DNA from: Cladosporium halotolerans
Taxonomy: Eukaryota
NCBI RefSeq assembly: GCF_011745625.1
Contig: NW_027191456.1
Location: 930,001 to 994,000, forward strand
Length of the DNA: 64,000 nt
Direction of reading: 5' to 3'
The notes below the pieces were generated by a model that was not told the DNA's origin, searched no databases, and was given only the letters and a program-made list of their open reading frames with translations. Positions 51,329 through 61,693 of this stretch are shown one piece after another. Positions within the stretch are counted from its first letter, which is position 1, and each line of letters starts with the position of its first letter. The position numbers and the translations under genes are program-made.

Positions 51329-51480
51329 TACCGTGGACGCGGTTCGAACGCGCGCGGATCGCTCCAGTAGAGTAATGTTGAGGTCAACTTAAATCTACCG
51401 CCTTAGACCACCTGGGGAAATGTTAACGGAGGCCCCTGATTGGCCTGATTCCGGAAGAAAACTTACTCGGCCACCACGGT
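51329..51480 (-). tRNA. trnL-UAA: tRNA-Leu(UAA) interrupted by a 55-nt spliceosomal-type intron in the D-loop (51412-51466) and a 15-nt canonical intron after position 37 (51373-51387)
   Basis: Spliced: ACCGTGG TG GCCGA|GTGGTCTAAGGC G GTAGA TT TAA G|C TCTAC TGGAGCGATCCGC GCGCG TTCGAAC CGCGT CCACGGT A. Perfect 7-bp acceptor stem, class II variable arm, intact B box, T6 terminator at 51318-51323. Confidence 0.9.
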
Positions 51481-52161
51481 GTGCATTTTGACGTCATTTC
51501 GGTCTTTTACAGCTATAACTACTATAAACCAACACAGTTTGACTAGGAAGCATGTGAATCAGCCAGCTTCACGTTTGGTTCAGTGTCATGGCGCTCGAGG
51601 GGATCGAATTGTGATTGCATTTTCGTAAATTGAGTTCACAATGTGAGATTACACCTAGTCATCTATCTTGAATGCTTCAGCAAACTTGAGGGAGCATACG
51701 TTTCGGGTCGTCACTACTGGTGCCCATATGTAGCCAGTGACAACTCCATGTGGGTTCTTATACCACATCATTCTCGCAGAACAAGTCGATTGAGACATTA
51801 ATGCATCATCGGCAGCACACCATATGCCACTCCTTGAACGAGCGCGAACATAGACCTCTCGGTTTCCCATAGCTCACTGAGAACTAAGGAAACCTAGCCG
51901 CTCCCGCTTGGGCTGATAACTTGTATGGAACATGGAATGGTATGGTTCTTTTTCCTTTCACATGGTAATACACCGAATCTCATGTACCTCGCTGCTGCAT
52001 GATTGAATCTTGTGGTACACCGCCATTATATGTACACTTTCCCTCGAAATGATGTTGGCTTGCAGCGCAAAAGCCGATCCTCTACCCCCAATGTTCTTGC
52101 ACAACTCGTAACCAGAGTTGTTACTTCTTCGCTCAATACCATCGCACGATTTGTTGCTCGT

Positions 52162-52725
52162 TCAAGAGGGACGGCCGGGGAAAGTGCGGAGACCGTCGCG
52201 GGAGGTGGCAGACGCGCGCTTGAAGCTCTGGGTCGCTCATCAGTATAATGCCATCGAAAGAAGTGAGCTGAATCTAGACAAGCAGAAGCTGCCGATTCGA
52301 TCGTGCCGCGTGGGCTAAACACAACGGCGCTCCCACTCCTGCTAATGTCCATAACGCCCAACTTCTTCTCAACATGTACTTACAGAGTCGCACTCCTCCC
52401 AAGCCCTTCCAGCGCCGAATCCAAGACCTGTGAAGACTGGCCACGACCTGCGTTTGAAAAGGAGGACGGAGAAGATTACACCAAAAGACGCGCCGAGGGT
52501 GCTGCGGATGAGGAGAGTGCTAAGGCAGTGGTCCCACTGCAAGGCTAGTTAGCTTGCGTTCCCAGCATACATCGGCGATACGGATAATTTCTCCCCATCG
52601 ACCCAGTCTCTGATATGCTCTTGGCAAGCACTTCATACCTTCTCGTTAAGCAGAGCCTCACTCATCGGCCTGTTGGGGCGGGCCGCAGCGGCGGTGATGG
52701 GCGCGTTGGTGTTTGAGTCGGCCAT
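52162..52725 (-). CDS. MIC10: MICOS complex subunit Mic10 (3 exons; not in ORF track)
   Basis: MADSNTNAP...SEALLNEK/WDHCLSTLLIRSTLGASFGVIFSVLLFKRRSWPVFTGLGFGAGRAWEECDS/SFKRASA...*; GxGxGxG TM motif and KRR loop. Confidence 0.92.
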
Positions 52726-52984
52726 TGTGTATGTGTGGATAGTCTTGGAAGTGACAGAAAGACAAGAGTCGTAGCGAACTTGACACCTCCAATTGCTAGA
52801 GCGTTATGCGATCTTGAGGGAGCTCGTGAAGTCCAATGCTGGAGCTGTTAAGCTGCCGGGATTGTCCGCGCGAGTGCACGGGCCACAATCAAAAAGTTGA
52901 AACCGCCAAAGATCTTAGATTCGGGGCGAATCCAGACGTCTGACCTCGCATCCTGTGAGCAGAACGGGGAGACGCAAGAACATC

Positions 52985-55900
52985 ATGGGAGGCGTCGACT
53001 CGGATAAGGTGGATGTCGACTCACAAATTGCAGCTGAGCCCTCACTGCAACGGCTCAAGGCTCTGGACTCTCTCCCTGATCTTCAATCGCAACTGAAGAC
53101 CGCGAGCGAGTTCTGCAATCATGGATTCCGTGCGGAGATGATTCTGAGATGGCTCGTTTCTAAGCTACAGAACGACAAGAAAGCCTGCAGGAACGAAGTC
53201 GCTTGGACGCTGCTCGAGAGATGTTTTCGCCTCGTTGCACCTCACAAACTCGGAAATTTGCTTGCTCGATTCAATGTCGTGTTCATTGCACAGACTGCAA
53301 TCCAAAGTCTGCAGGATCATACCTTTTCAACGTTAATGAGCGTAATCACACGATCGATTGAAACCTTGGAAGAGATCTCGTCTGGACCAGATGGCGCGCC
53401 AGTCAAACAACTCTTGAGCACAGAGAGTGCATCTGCGGCGTCTTTCCTCGGCGCCTGGGCCAAAGCCGTGGACAGTCTACTACAGACAACCGACATCTCG
53501 GAGACGGATGCGAATGAGTTAGTTCCTTTGGCTGCTCCAGCAATCCGCCTGTGGGCAAATCGGAAACCTGGAAACCTGGAAAACGACGCATTCGCGGAGA
53601 ATTGCTTGATCCCATGTGCCCTTTTACTCCGCAATCTTGAATCTCGAGATCCTTCAGGCTCATCCACAAAGCGTAAAAGAGGTGAGCATGCTGGATCGCT
53701 GAGTAGGACGAACCTTTCACAGGATCTTGAAGTTCTTATTGCGCGTCACATCTTTCTTCCTGCGCGGTCGGCCTTCTTCCAGACCAGCGACTCTGAAAGG
53801 AACATCCTCGAATTGAGAGGGAAGCTGGCCAGTTTGAGTGCACAAATCGAGGTCGTGGATGAAACGAGCAAGCAGCTGTGCGAGGCTTTACCCAATCTGC
53901 TTGATATTGCTCTACGTTGCATCCCCATGACAACTGCACGGCAGCGCAGTAAGGAACGCCCTTGGGTCGAAGCTGTATTCCTCGAGCTCCTAACGTGCAT
54001 TGAGCACGACGGAAAGCTCAGAAGTCAGGCGGCGCTGGTGAATATGCTTCAAGTTGTTGGCAAGCGGGCTTCATTGCCCTCCACCACTTTGAAGGACATT
54101 GTACGCCGTCACAGTAATCTCAGTCCGACAGAGAAATTTGCATCAGCGGATATTGCCCTGATTGCGGAGATCATTGCGTTGGATCCCACTATTTTCTTAG
54201 AGAAAGACTTGGCCGATCAGTTATTCCCTGCTTTGACTACTGCTTCGAAGCAGATGTTGTCGGCAGACGATACCGATTCAAAGAATCTATTGGTCAGGTC
54301 AATCGCCCAGCCAGTTATGCGCGCATTCGCAAGCAGCCGTAAGCTCGGCGATTTCGTGCAAAGATGGCACCAGCAGCTTCTGATGGCCGACAAGCCCTTG
54401 TCATGGACCGTGTGGACTCAACTGGACGATGTTTTGGCGGAACTTCTAGAAATTCATTTGACTGTCGATCAGGTCGAAGGTTTGTTTGACTCTGTGCATG
54501 CACAGGGCGCAGCCAGCTCGAAAAACACTGGGAAATCTTCAGACGGACTGTCTGCCTCATCACATTGGGCAACTGCCACTGTGCTACTCGCTCTGCTCAA
54601 GGGTATCAAGAATGACGAATACGTTGCCCGACTGCAGGGAAGGCTTGGAGAGATCATGCACACTACCCTGGCCCTTGTCGAAGACAGTAAGGTCAAAGCC
54701 GTGTCTCCCCAAGTTTGGCTCATGCTAGGTCTTTCCTTCGAATTATGGTTTCCCACTTGGGCCGCTGCCCAACAGGATCCCAACTCGGTGTCCGATAAGG
54801 CACGATCGATACTGTCTCATCCTGCGTTGAAGCGAATTGTCAAAGCCAGAATTTCCGGAAAGGACGTTGAGCACGCTGAGATCTTTATTGGTCTGGTTTG
54901 CTCTCGCCTCAAAGGCTATGACGAATGCCGGCAGCTCGCAGCAGGTCTTGTCGCTAGCCTTTCTAAGTCTTCAACCACTGTTTCGCTTGCATTTCTGTCT
55001 TTCCCCGATCTGCTCATGCTCCTCGAAAAAGACGCCAGACAAGACATGATCTCGTCCGTGGCTGATTCGGCGATCGTTCAAGTATCGACGAAAGGCAACT
55101 CGGAACACTTTGAAAAGGTTACCGCCTTTGTTGAATCCGCACTCATTGCTTCCCACTCGAAGCTTTCTGACGAAGTCATCGTGGCGATTTTGAAGGCATC
55201 TGACTCTCAAGGCAAAAATAGCCAACAAGAACATACTGTACTGGATCTGATGCTGCAGCTCCCCGTGGCGAGTCTCACGCGAGGTCAGCGGGAGCGCATT
55301 CTTGACTGGGTCGTTGGTCTGGACTTTGGCGTGGAATCTGATGAGTCTCGCATATCGAAGCGTTATTCAGTCATGATTCGGCTCATGCAGCTCCCGAATG
55401 CGACAGCTCGTCTCTGCACCGATGCATCTGCTTTGTGGAGTCTGTGCCGGACATCGGCCGCACCTAAGAAGAACAAACAGGGCAAAGAAAAGAAGGAAAA
55501 GGCCAGTATGGCAGCAACAGATGCAGCCTCAGTCGAGCTACTCCAGGACGTTGTGCGTTCCGTGGCTGTCTACTTGCTGTCAACACAAGATCAAGAAAGA
55601 TCGCGCCTCATGTTGAGGAATCTGGTTCAGGAAGCCGTCCAAAGAATGGGCAGAGTAGACTTCGAAGATGGCTCTTCTTGTGACCAGCTTGCCATCATCA
55701 GCACCATCGTACAATGTACAGAAGGTGGCTTGGGTAAAGGTGTGTTCGCACATCTGACAGATGACTTCGCCCCGCTCGTTGCTGCATTTGCCGCTCGTAT
55801 CGTCGAAGAAGCCCAAAGTTCTGTCAAGACTCTCAAAAAGCAACACGACGTTCAAGGTGCTGGTGTAATGCCCAAGCTTCTTTTGGAGCTACTCATCTGC

Positions 55901-57022
55901 TTGCGTAGATCCAGTGTTGTTGGAGAAACGGACGACAAAGCACTAACAAAGCTCTGTAACAAGGTGCTGTCTAGAAATTCGGACGACATCGCGACGACCG
56001 GCAAAACGAGGCAGAGTGCGAGTGGCTTGCTGCTACCGGCTTTCAATCTGCTCGCTCAGATCAAGGGTTTCGAAGCCTGTAGCTCTTTGGGCGAGGCGCT
56101 TCTCAAGTCAACTCTTTCGCCGAAGGATAGACAGTCCCTCATGGAAGAGCTCAGGAAAATGGCAAAGCTATCCAGCTCGATTGACCGGATCAGCGTACTG
56201 AAAAGCATTGTCCCAGACACGAAAAGTGCCGGAGCACAAGCTATCACGGTGCTGCAGAATGCTCTTACCGCTTTCACAAGGGAGGCGGCGGCAAAGGACG
56301 AGAAGATGGTGCATGCACTTTACCTGCAGCTACTGGAAACACTTCGAGGAACAAGCGACTTCGCCTCCTACACTGCCTCTGTATCCTGTCTCCTGACAAT
56401 CATCCGGGAGAAGCCATTCATGCTCAACCAGCATCTGACCGAAGAAACTCTGCGAACAATTCAGGCACTTTCTCGACCCTCTCCAGCTGAGCGTCTGGTT
56501 TACCTAGACCTTTGCTCTATCCTCTCCGCTTTGCTCCTGCATCACCGAGCTCGCTTGCAGGGCCGCTTTCACCTCCTGATCGCCACGCTACAAACCTTGC
56601 AAGGTCGCCTCTTTGTTCAGCACAAATCGGCATCTGAGTCAAGGAGGCCTCTCGCCTCGCGTCACGCTCGCGCATATACGCGCCTGCTGACTTTACTGTG
56701 CAATCCTCCCACGCGCACGCACAATAACGCCAGCAACAAGCGTAATGACCTCGTTGACGAAACGCGACGCGCACGCGCGCACGTCGGACAGTATGTGCCT
56801 ACCCTCCTGCATAGCTTTTGTGCGCAGGTGCTCAGTGGCGCCTTGGGCGAGGGTGTGCGCGAAGCGCTGACGCCTGGTCTTTGGGCGGTTATTGAGGCCA
56901 TGGAGGTGCAGAGTCCTGAAGCCGTCAAGGCGCTGAGCGCGGGAATGAATAATAGCGAGCGCGCTGTCCTGAGGAGTGTGTATGATGACTGGAAGAAGTT
57001 TGGAAAGTGGGAGGGCGCTTGA
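52985..57022 (+). CDS. URB2: Nucleolar pre-ribosome-associated protein Urb2/Npa2
   Basis: About 1345-aa helical ORF with C-terminal Urb2 domain (RLQGRFHLL, YTRLLTLLC, LTPGLWAVIEAM, LRSVYDDWKKFGKW). Confidence 0.85.
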   Translation: MGGVDSDKVDVDSQIAAEPSLQRLKALDSLPDLQSQLKTASEFCNHGFRAEMILRWLVSKLQNDKKACRNEVAWTLLERCFRLVAPHKLGNLLARFNVVFIAQTAIQSLQDHTFSTLMSVITRSIETLEEISSGPDGAPVKQLLSTESASAASFLGAWAKAVDSLLQTTDISETDANELVPLAAPAIRLWANRKPGNLENDAFAENCLIPCALLLRNLESRDPSGSSTKRKRGEHAGSLSRTNLSQDLEVLIARHIFLPARSAFFQTSDSERNILELRGKLASLSAQIEVVDETSKQLCEALPNLLDIALRCIPMTTARQRSKERPWVEAVFLELLTCIEHDGKLRSQAALVNMLQVVGKRASLPSTTLKDIVRRHSNLSPTEKFASADIALIAEIIALDPTIFLEKDLADQLFPALTTASKQMLSADDTDSKNLLVRSIAQPVMRAFASSRKLGDFVQRWHQQLLMADKPLSWTVWTQLDDVLAELLEIHLTVDQVEGLFDSVHAQGAASSKNTGKSSDGLSASSHWATATVLLALLKGIKNDEYVARLQGRLGEIMHTTLALVEDSKVKAVSPQVWLMLGLSFELWFPTWAAAQQDPNSVSDKARSILSHPALKRIVKARISGKDVEHAEIFIGLVCSRLKGYDECRQLAAGLVASLSKSSTTVSLAFLSFPDLLMLLEKDARQDMISSVADSAIVQVSTKGNSEHFEKVTAFVESALIASHSKLSDEVIVAILKASDSQGKNSQQEHTVLDLMLQLPVASLTRGQRERILDWVVGLDFGVESDESRISKRYSVMIRLMQLPNATARLCTDASALWSLCRTSAAPKKNKQGKEKKEKASMAATDAASVELLQDVVRSVAVYLLSTQDQERSRLMLRNLVQEAVQRMGRVDFEDGSSCDQLAIISTIVQCTEGGLGKGVFAHLTDDFAPLVAAFAARIVEEAQSSVKTLKKQHDVQGAGVMPKLLLELLICLRRSSVVGETDDKALTKLCNKVLSRNSDDIATTGKTRQSASGLLLPAFNLLAQIKGFEACSSLGEALLKSTLSPKDRQSLMEELRKMAKLSSSIDRISVLKSIVPDTKSAGAQAITVLQNALTAFTREAAAKDEKMVHALYLQLLETLRGTSDFASYTASVSCLLTIIREKPFMLNQHLTEETLRTIQALSRPSPAERLVYLDLCSILSALLLHHRARLQGRFHLLIATLQTLQGRLFVQHKSASESRRPLASRHARAYTRLLTLLCNPPTRTHNNASNKRNDLVDETRRARAHVGQYVPTLLHSFCAQVLSGALGEGVREALTPGLWAVIEAMEVQSPEAVKALSAGMNNSERAVLRSVYDDWKKFGKWEGA

Positions 57023-57495
57023 TTGGGTTGATGGGGTCTCACAGGCGCATTCGTGCTTGATTCTGGAATTGACTATACAGACTTGTACTTCTACACTGCT
57101 GTGTTTCACAGTCGTCTATCAGCCATGGAACAGTCTCTGAATCTCTATATGTCCAATAGAATTGAGAACCATCACGCGCACGGTTCTGCAGGCCCGGAGA
57201 CACGGTGGTGGTAAATGACCAGATCTAGATTTCCTGCATGTCCTCACCCTAGAAGTCTAATGCAGCCATACCGTCTCCGCTGATATACAAATGACATCTG
57301 CCGCTGTATCAAAAGAAGACCGAGGTGTCACCAAATTCCCACGCGCTTCAACTATTTCCAATCCGCTTCGATCAAAGAAATCGATCGCCAACTTTCGCTT
57401 AAATTGCAGCCAACCTCCCCTGAAGTGTGCCTTTCCCTCTATCCTCATATGTTCCTGCGTGCACCACTGACCCTCGAAAAAGAACCAAGGCCACC

Positions 57496-57867
57496 ATGTG
57501 CGAATACACCCAAGGCACGCGCCACGGCTGCGGTCACCCTCGCACGCGGGGCCTGTTTTTCGCATGCGCCGAGAGGCTTAGTGGCAGCGGCAAATGCGTC
57601 TTCGACCCGCCGCCCACGAAAGCCATCCACGAATCGATGTGCTACGACTGCGAGGAGGTTTACGCCCACACGGGAATAGATCTCCGGATTGGCCGCTCCA
57701 AGGGCAAGGAGCTTCATCGATACCTTGTATTGCCGGATACGTCAGAGACGCGTGCCTCAAAACGTGAGCCAGCGCCGAAGAGTGAGTGTGTCCAGATTTG
57801 TCTCAAGAATTTGACTGACGATTGTCCAGAGTCTAAGCCGGACCAGAAAGACCAGAAAGCGACCTGA
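57496..57867 (+). CDS. Small Cys/His-rich hypothetical protein (MC...CGH...C...C...CxxC)
   Basis: ATG in CACCATG context; MCEYTQGTRHGCGH...FACAE...GKCVF...MCYDCEE; possible in-frame intron 57782-57829. Confidence 0.55.
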   Translation: MCEYTQGTRHGCGHPRTRGLFFACAERLSGSGKCVFDPPPTKAIHESMCYDCEEVYAHTGIDLRIGRSKGKELHRYLVLPDTSETRASKREPAPKSECVQICLKNLTDDCPESKPDQKDQKAT

Positions 57868-58172
57868 GGTTGTCCGAGCTTATTCAACAGCGCTGATCAT
57901 ATCCATACGAAGTTCCGTGACGGATGCCGGTAAAGTCCAATTTTGCTACCGAGGTCGTTGTGCCCAAAAATGATGTCTGGCATTGTTGCTGTGCTGTGGC
58001 GTACGGTAGAAATGTTACTGGATGCTAGACCATGTTCGGTGGCAGAATTGTTCGTTTCCAATGGCCTGCGTGTCTTGTACCTTTCTGGTAATTCTTGCAT
58101 TCCCGGACCTGATCCTGTCATAGAAAAATGTGTATTGTGACGGGTAGAGGAGACTTTGTTGTCGAAACAGTC

Positions 58173-59236
58173 TCAACCTTCCAATTCTGCACAGGCAAAG
58201 TAACCCTTGTTCTCGACGATGCCACGATTCTTGACTACAGCGGTGTACTTGACGACCCACTGAGGCTGCACTTCTCCAGAAAGGGCTACCTCACCGTTGG
58301 TTCCATTCTTGTTGGCTTCGCCGTGCAGGGACTTCCTTTTGTCACCAGCCTTGGAAGAAGGCGCAAGTACACCAGCGCCATCGGGACCAGGGCCTAGAAG
58401 CTCCCTCAGAGTACCGCGTGGAAGAATGTTTGAGCAATCGTTGTGCACTAGGAGTTCCACACCCTTCTCTTTTGCCAGTGTCAATAAGTCTCTTGGGACA
58501 GAACAGCAGTCGCGGAGATTGATCTGGTTGACCATTGGGCGCCTAGTAGTACCCTCCAAGAACATCGCGAGACGTTCTGCGCCGAACTCGGCAACTCCAA
58601 GCTTGTTCACGAGTCCCTCCTCCCTCAATGATTCCACCGCCTTCCAAGATTCAATGATGCTGTCAATTCCTTCGGGTTCTGCTTCCACGGGACCACGAGT
58701 CGAAATCTTGGTTGGGCAATCTTCCTGCTCGTCGAAATAAATGCCAGGGAACGAAACGATAAGAAGGTCCACCGAGGGAACACCGAGTTCCTTGAGGACG
58801 AGTTCAATGGCTTCGCGAGTCTGGGATGTTCTCGAAGCAGAATCGGTCGAACCACCAGGCAAATAGAACAACTTCAGTGTAATGTCGTACTGTTCCCGCT
58901 CTTCCTCAAGGCCGGAGCTAGAAGCATCAGGGTTCGGGATGTGCAACTCCGTTCCGTCCGAGCTTTGCTTTGTCCATGACTTATAGTGTAATTTTGCGGG
59001 CGTTGCTGCGCCATTGCCGTTGGTGATTCCGTTCGTTTGCTCGGGGGAGGAATGCTCGTCAAGGTTCGAGCGGAGTGACGAGACAAATTCGGCATTTGAT
59101 TTGCTGCCTACTGAGCGCCGGACAGACGAGCCAGCGCCCATGATGTTGCTGGAAGAACTAGTCAGAATTGCGTCTTGGACAGCTCACATGTCGTGATTGA
59201 GGGGTCTGCGTACGAAGTAGAGAGGATCAGCTTCAT
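58173..59236 (-). CDS. GCLM: Glutamate-cysteine ligase modifier (regulatory) subunit
   Basis: MKLILST/SNIM, YDITLKLFYL, aldo-keto-reductase-like LGVAEF, QINLRDCC, LLVHND, WVVKYTAVVKNRGIVENKGYF. Confidence 0.88.
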
Positions 59237-59603
59237 GGTACTGGATCTGCTCTCGGGCGGTCCGGGTGAGGAAGTAGGTTGTCGTGAGTGAGATGGTAGG
59301 TTCGGTAGGATATTACGGCGCGGTGTTTACCCAAGCAATGTGACAAACATTAGACTCGCAAGTATGTAAGCATGTATGTACAGAATAACGTAAAGATGTG
59401 GGCGTAAAGATGATGTGAGGCACTCGCAAGTAATTCCCATGCAGACTCGGCAAGCGTCACGCTTTCGCTGCTGCTTAGGTGATGCAAGTGGGGGGCCTCG
59501 GGGCTTGGGCGGAGCGAAGCCTGAGGCGGCTGCGCGTGAGCGGGCGAGGACGTGCTGGACGAAGAGCTCCACCACCTCACACAAATATTCCACCAGCACC
59601 ACC

Positions 59604-60558
59604 ATGGCCATCAGGTATATCCCGCCGCCGGCTCCCGCTCGCTCCTCGCAGTCGCAGCACTGACAGCCGGCCCAGGTACCTCATCCTCCTCTCGCGCCAG
59701 GGCAAAGTCGTGTGTCCTCCCATGCATCATCTCCTTTGAGACCTTGAGTGCTGACCCGGAGTCCGCACAGCGTCTGGCCAAGTGGTTTACTACGCTCTCG
59801 CCGAAGGACAAGGCGAAGATCATCAAGGATGTCTCTCAGCTAGTCCTCGCCCGCCGCACGCGCATGTGCAACTTCCTCGAGTACAAAGGTAGCCTATCCC
59901 TTACCATGGTCACCCACCCGCTTGGTCTCCCAAGCGGCGGCGCTCTTATGTTTCCACAACCTCACCTGCGCCCGCCATTCTGTTGCGCTTTCTGACCGCC
60001 TCATAACAACAGACACCAAAGTCGTATACCGCCGCTATGCCTCGCTTTTCTTCATCGCCGCAACCGACAATACCGACAACGAGCTGATCACCCTCGAGAT
60101 CGTCCACCGCTATGTCGAGCAGATGGACAAATACTACGGCAATGTCTGCGAGCTGGACATCATCTTCAACTTCCAGAAAGCCTACTTCATCCTCGATGAA
60201 TTGTTGATCGCTGGCGAGATGCAAGAAAGCAGTAAGAAGAATGTGCTCCGGGTCATTGGTGCACAGGACAGCCTAGAAGACATGGAGGTGAGTTGTGACA
60301 TTCATACTCTGCCGCAGCTTTCCTATGACACGCGTATACTTCCTTTCTTTGCGCAGCCGCTGATGCCTTTGGCCATCGACAGACCGAGGATGAAGCTATC
60401 ACAAGAATCGGCTGATACCATCTCTTGCTCCTCCTCAACTCGCCTTTCGTTCCACCACAAATCGCCAACGGTTGCTAACCGCACGCTCCGCGCTCCAGGG
60501 TGAAGCCGAAAACGTCGAAGAATTGGAGAAGCAGCTCCGACAAGCCGGCTTCATCTGA
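59604..60558 (+). CDS. APS1: AP-1 complex subunit sigma-1 (two candidate last exons: 60383-60415 or 60499-60558)
   Basis: [21 protein letters not shown]...[22 protein letters not shown]...[23 protein letters not shown]. Confidence 0.93.
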
Positions 60559-61693
60559 CAAGATCTCACAGCGCGACAACATGCTGCCGAGTACCTCCCG
60601 CCATTTTTTCAGAGAGGGAAAAGCTAGTATTACCATCGCATAGCGCACGGCGTTGATGGTGTTTTATTGGGTGTTTTGGGCAATGATATGATACCCCTCT
60701 TGATGGGAATCCTTCGGGAGATGGCAATAACATGGCTGTTGTTTTTGAAGCCTTTGCCATTATGTATGCTAGAGTGCCCTCGCCGTAGGCAGGGTCCAAG
60801 GGCTTTTGATGGCCTTCCGCTCAATGCAAACTTAGAATGATCGAATCTGTCCTCAATTGCTGCACCTGTATTACGATGACACATGGTCGGGTCATGCGAC
60901 CTCTTCCATTTGCACATACTGACCATAGGCAAGTACAAAGTACTGGCAACTGCTCAACATTAGGCGCATACGGCAAACCCGATGGCACCCAGCTGACCGA
61001 TGCTATCAATGGCGTGGGGCAGAGCCATCGAGAACCAACCCTAAGCGAACGTGGTCGGCTCACACGCAACGATACTTTTGCAGCATCGAAAGAGCTTCTC
61101 CTCACGGCGAACGTGTTCCAACGAACGGCATCTGGCTGAACGTGTCTGGCTGGATCGGCCTCCGATTGGATACCCCAGAACGGCTGCGATTCGGGCTTCG
61201 AACACGTGACGCAAGCTTGCTCCTCCATGGCTGCTGCTCCCTCCGCAACGCTCCGCCAAGGCCGTTCGCTGCTGGCACCTCCACCGCGCGTCATCCCATC
61301 TCGTTGACCGCACTGTCTCCTTCCACCGCCTTACAACGTCCCTCGAACCAGCATCTCGAACCACCGACATTGACCATGGATTTCTGCGCCCGTCGCGCTT
61401 TCTAGACGCGTGCGCCGCGCCTGCACGTTTACCTGTCAGCTATCGCTCGACTACATCTGCGACAACCGACTTCCGACTGAGGGGAGTGATCGCGCAGGCA
61501 ATTCATCCCACAGAACCGCAAGCAGAGAAACATTAGTTGCCCTTGGCACGCAAAGGCGTCCAAAATTCGGCAAACAAGCAAACAAACACGCGTCGGCGCA
61601 TTTGAGACACCGACACCGGCAACTGCTCGGAAGAGAGAACAAGAGCGGAGATAAGGATACCACAATTGCGCATTTGAAACGAAGGCCAGCAAA

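Noticed and set aside
4997..57829. Several stop-free introns with lengths divisible by 3 (4997-5044, 15279-15329, 38505-38564, 39228-39281, 57782-57829)
   Set aside because: About five among roughly 30-35 short introns is around what chance would give.
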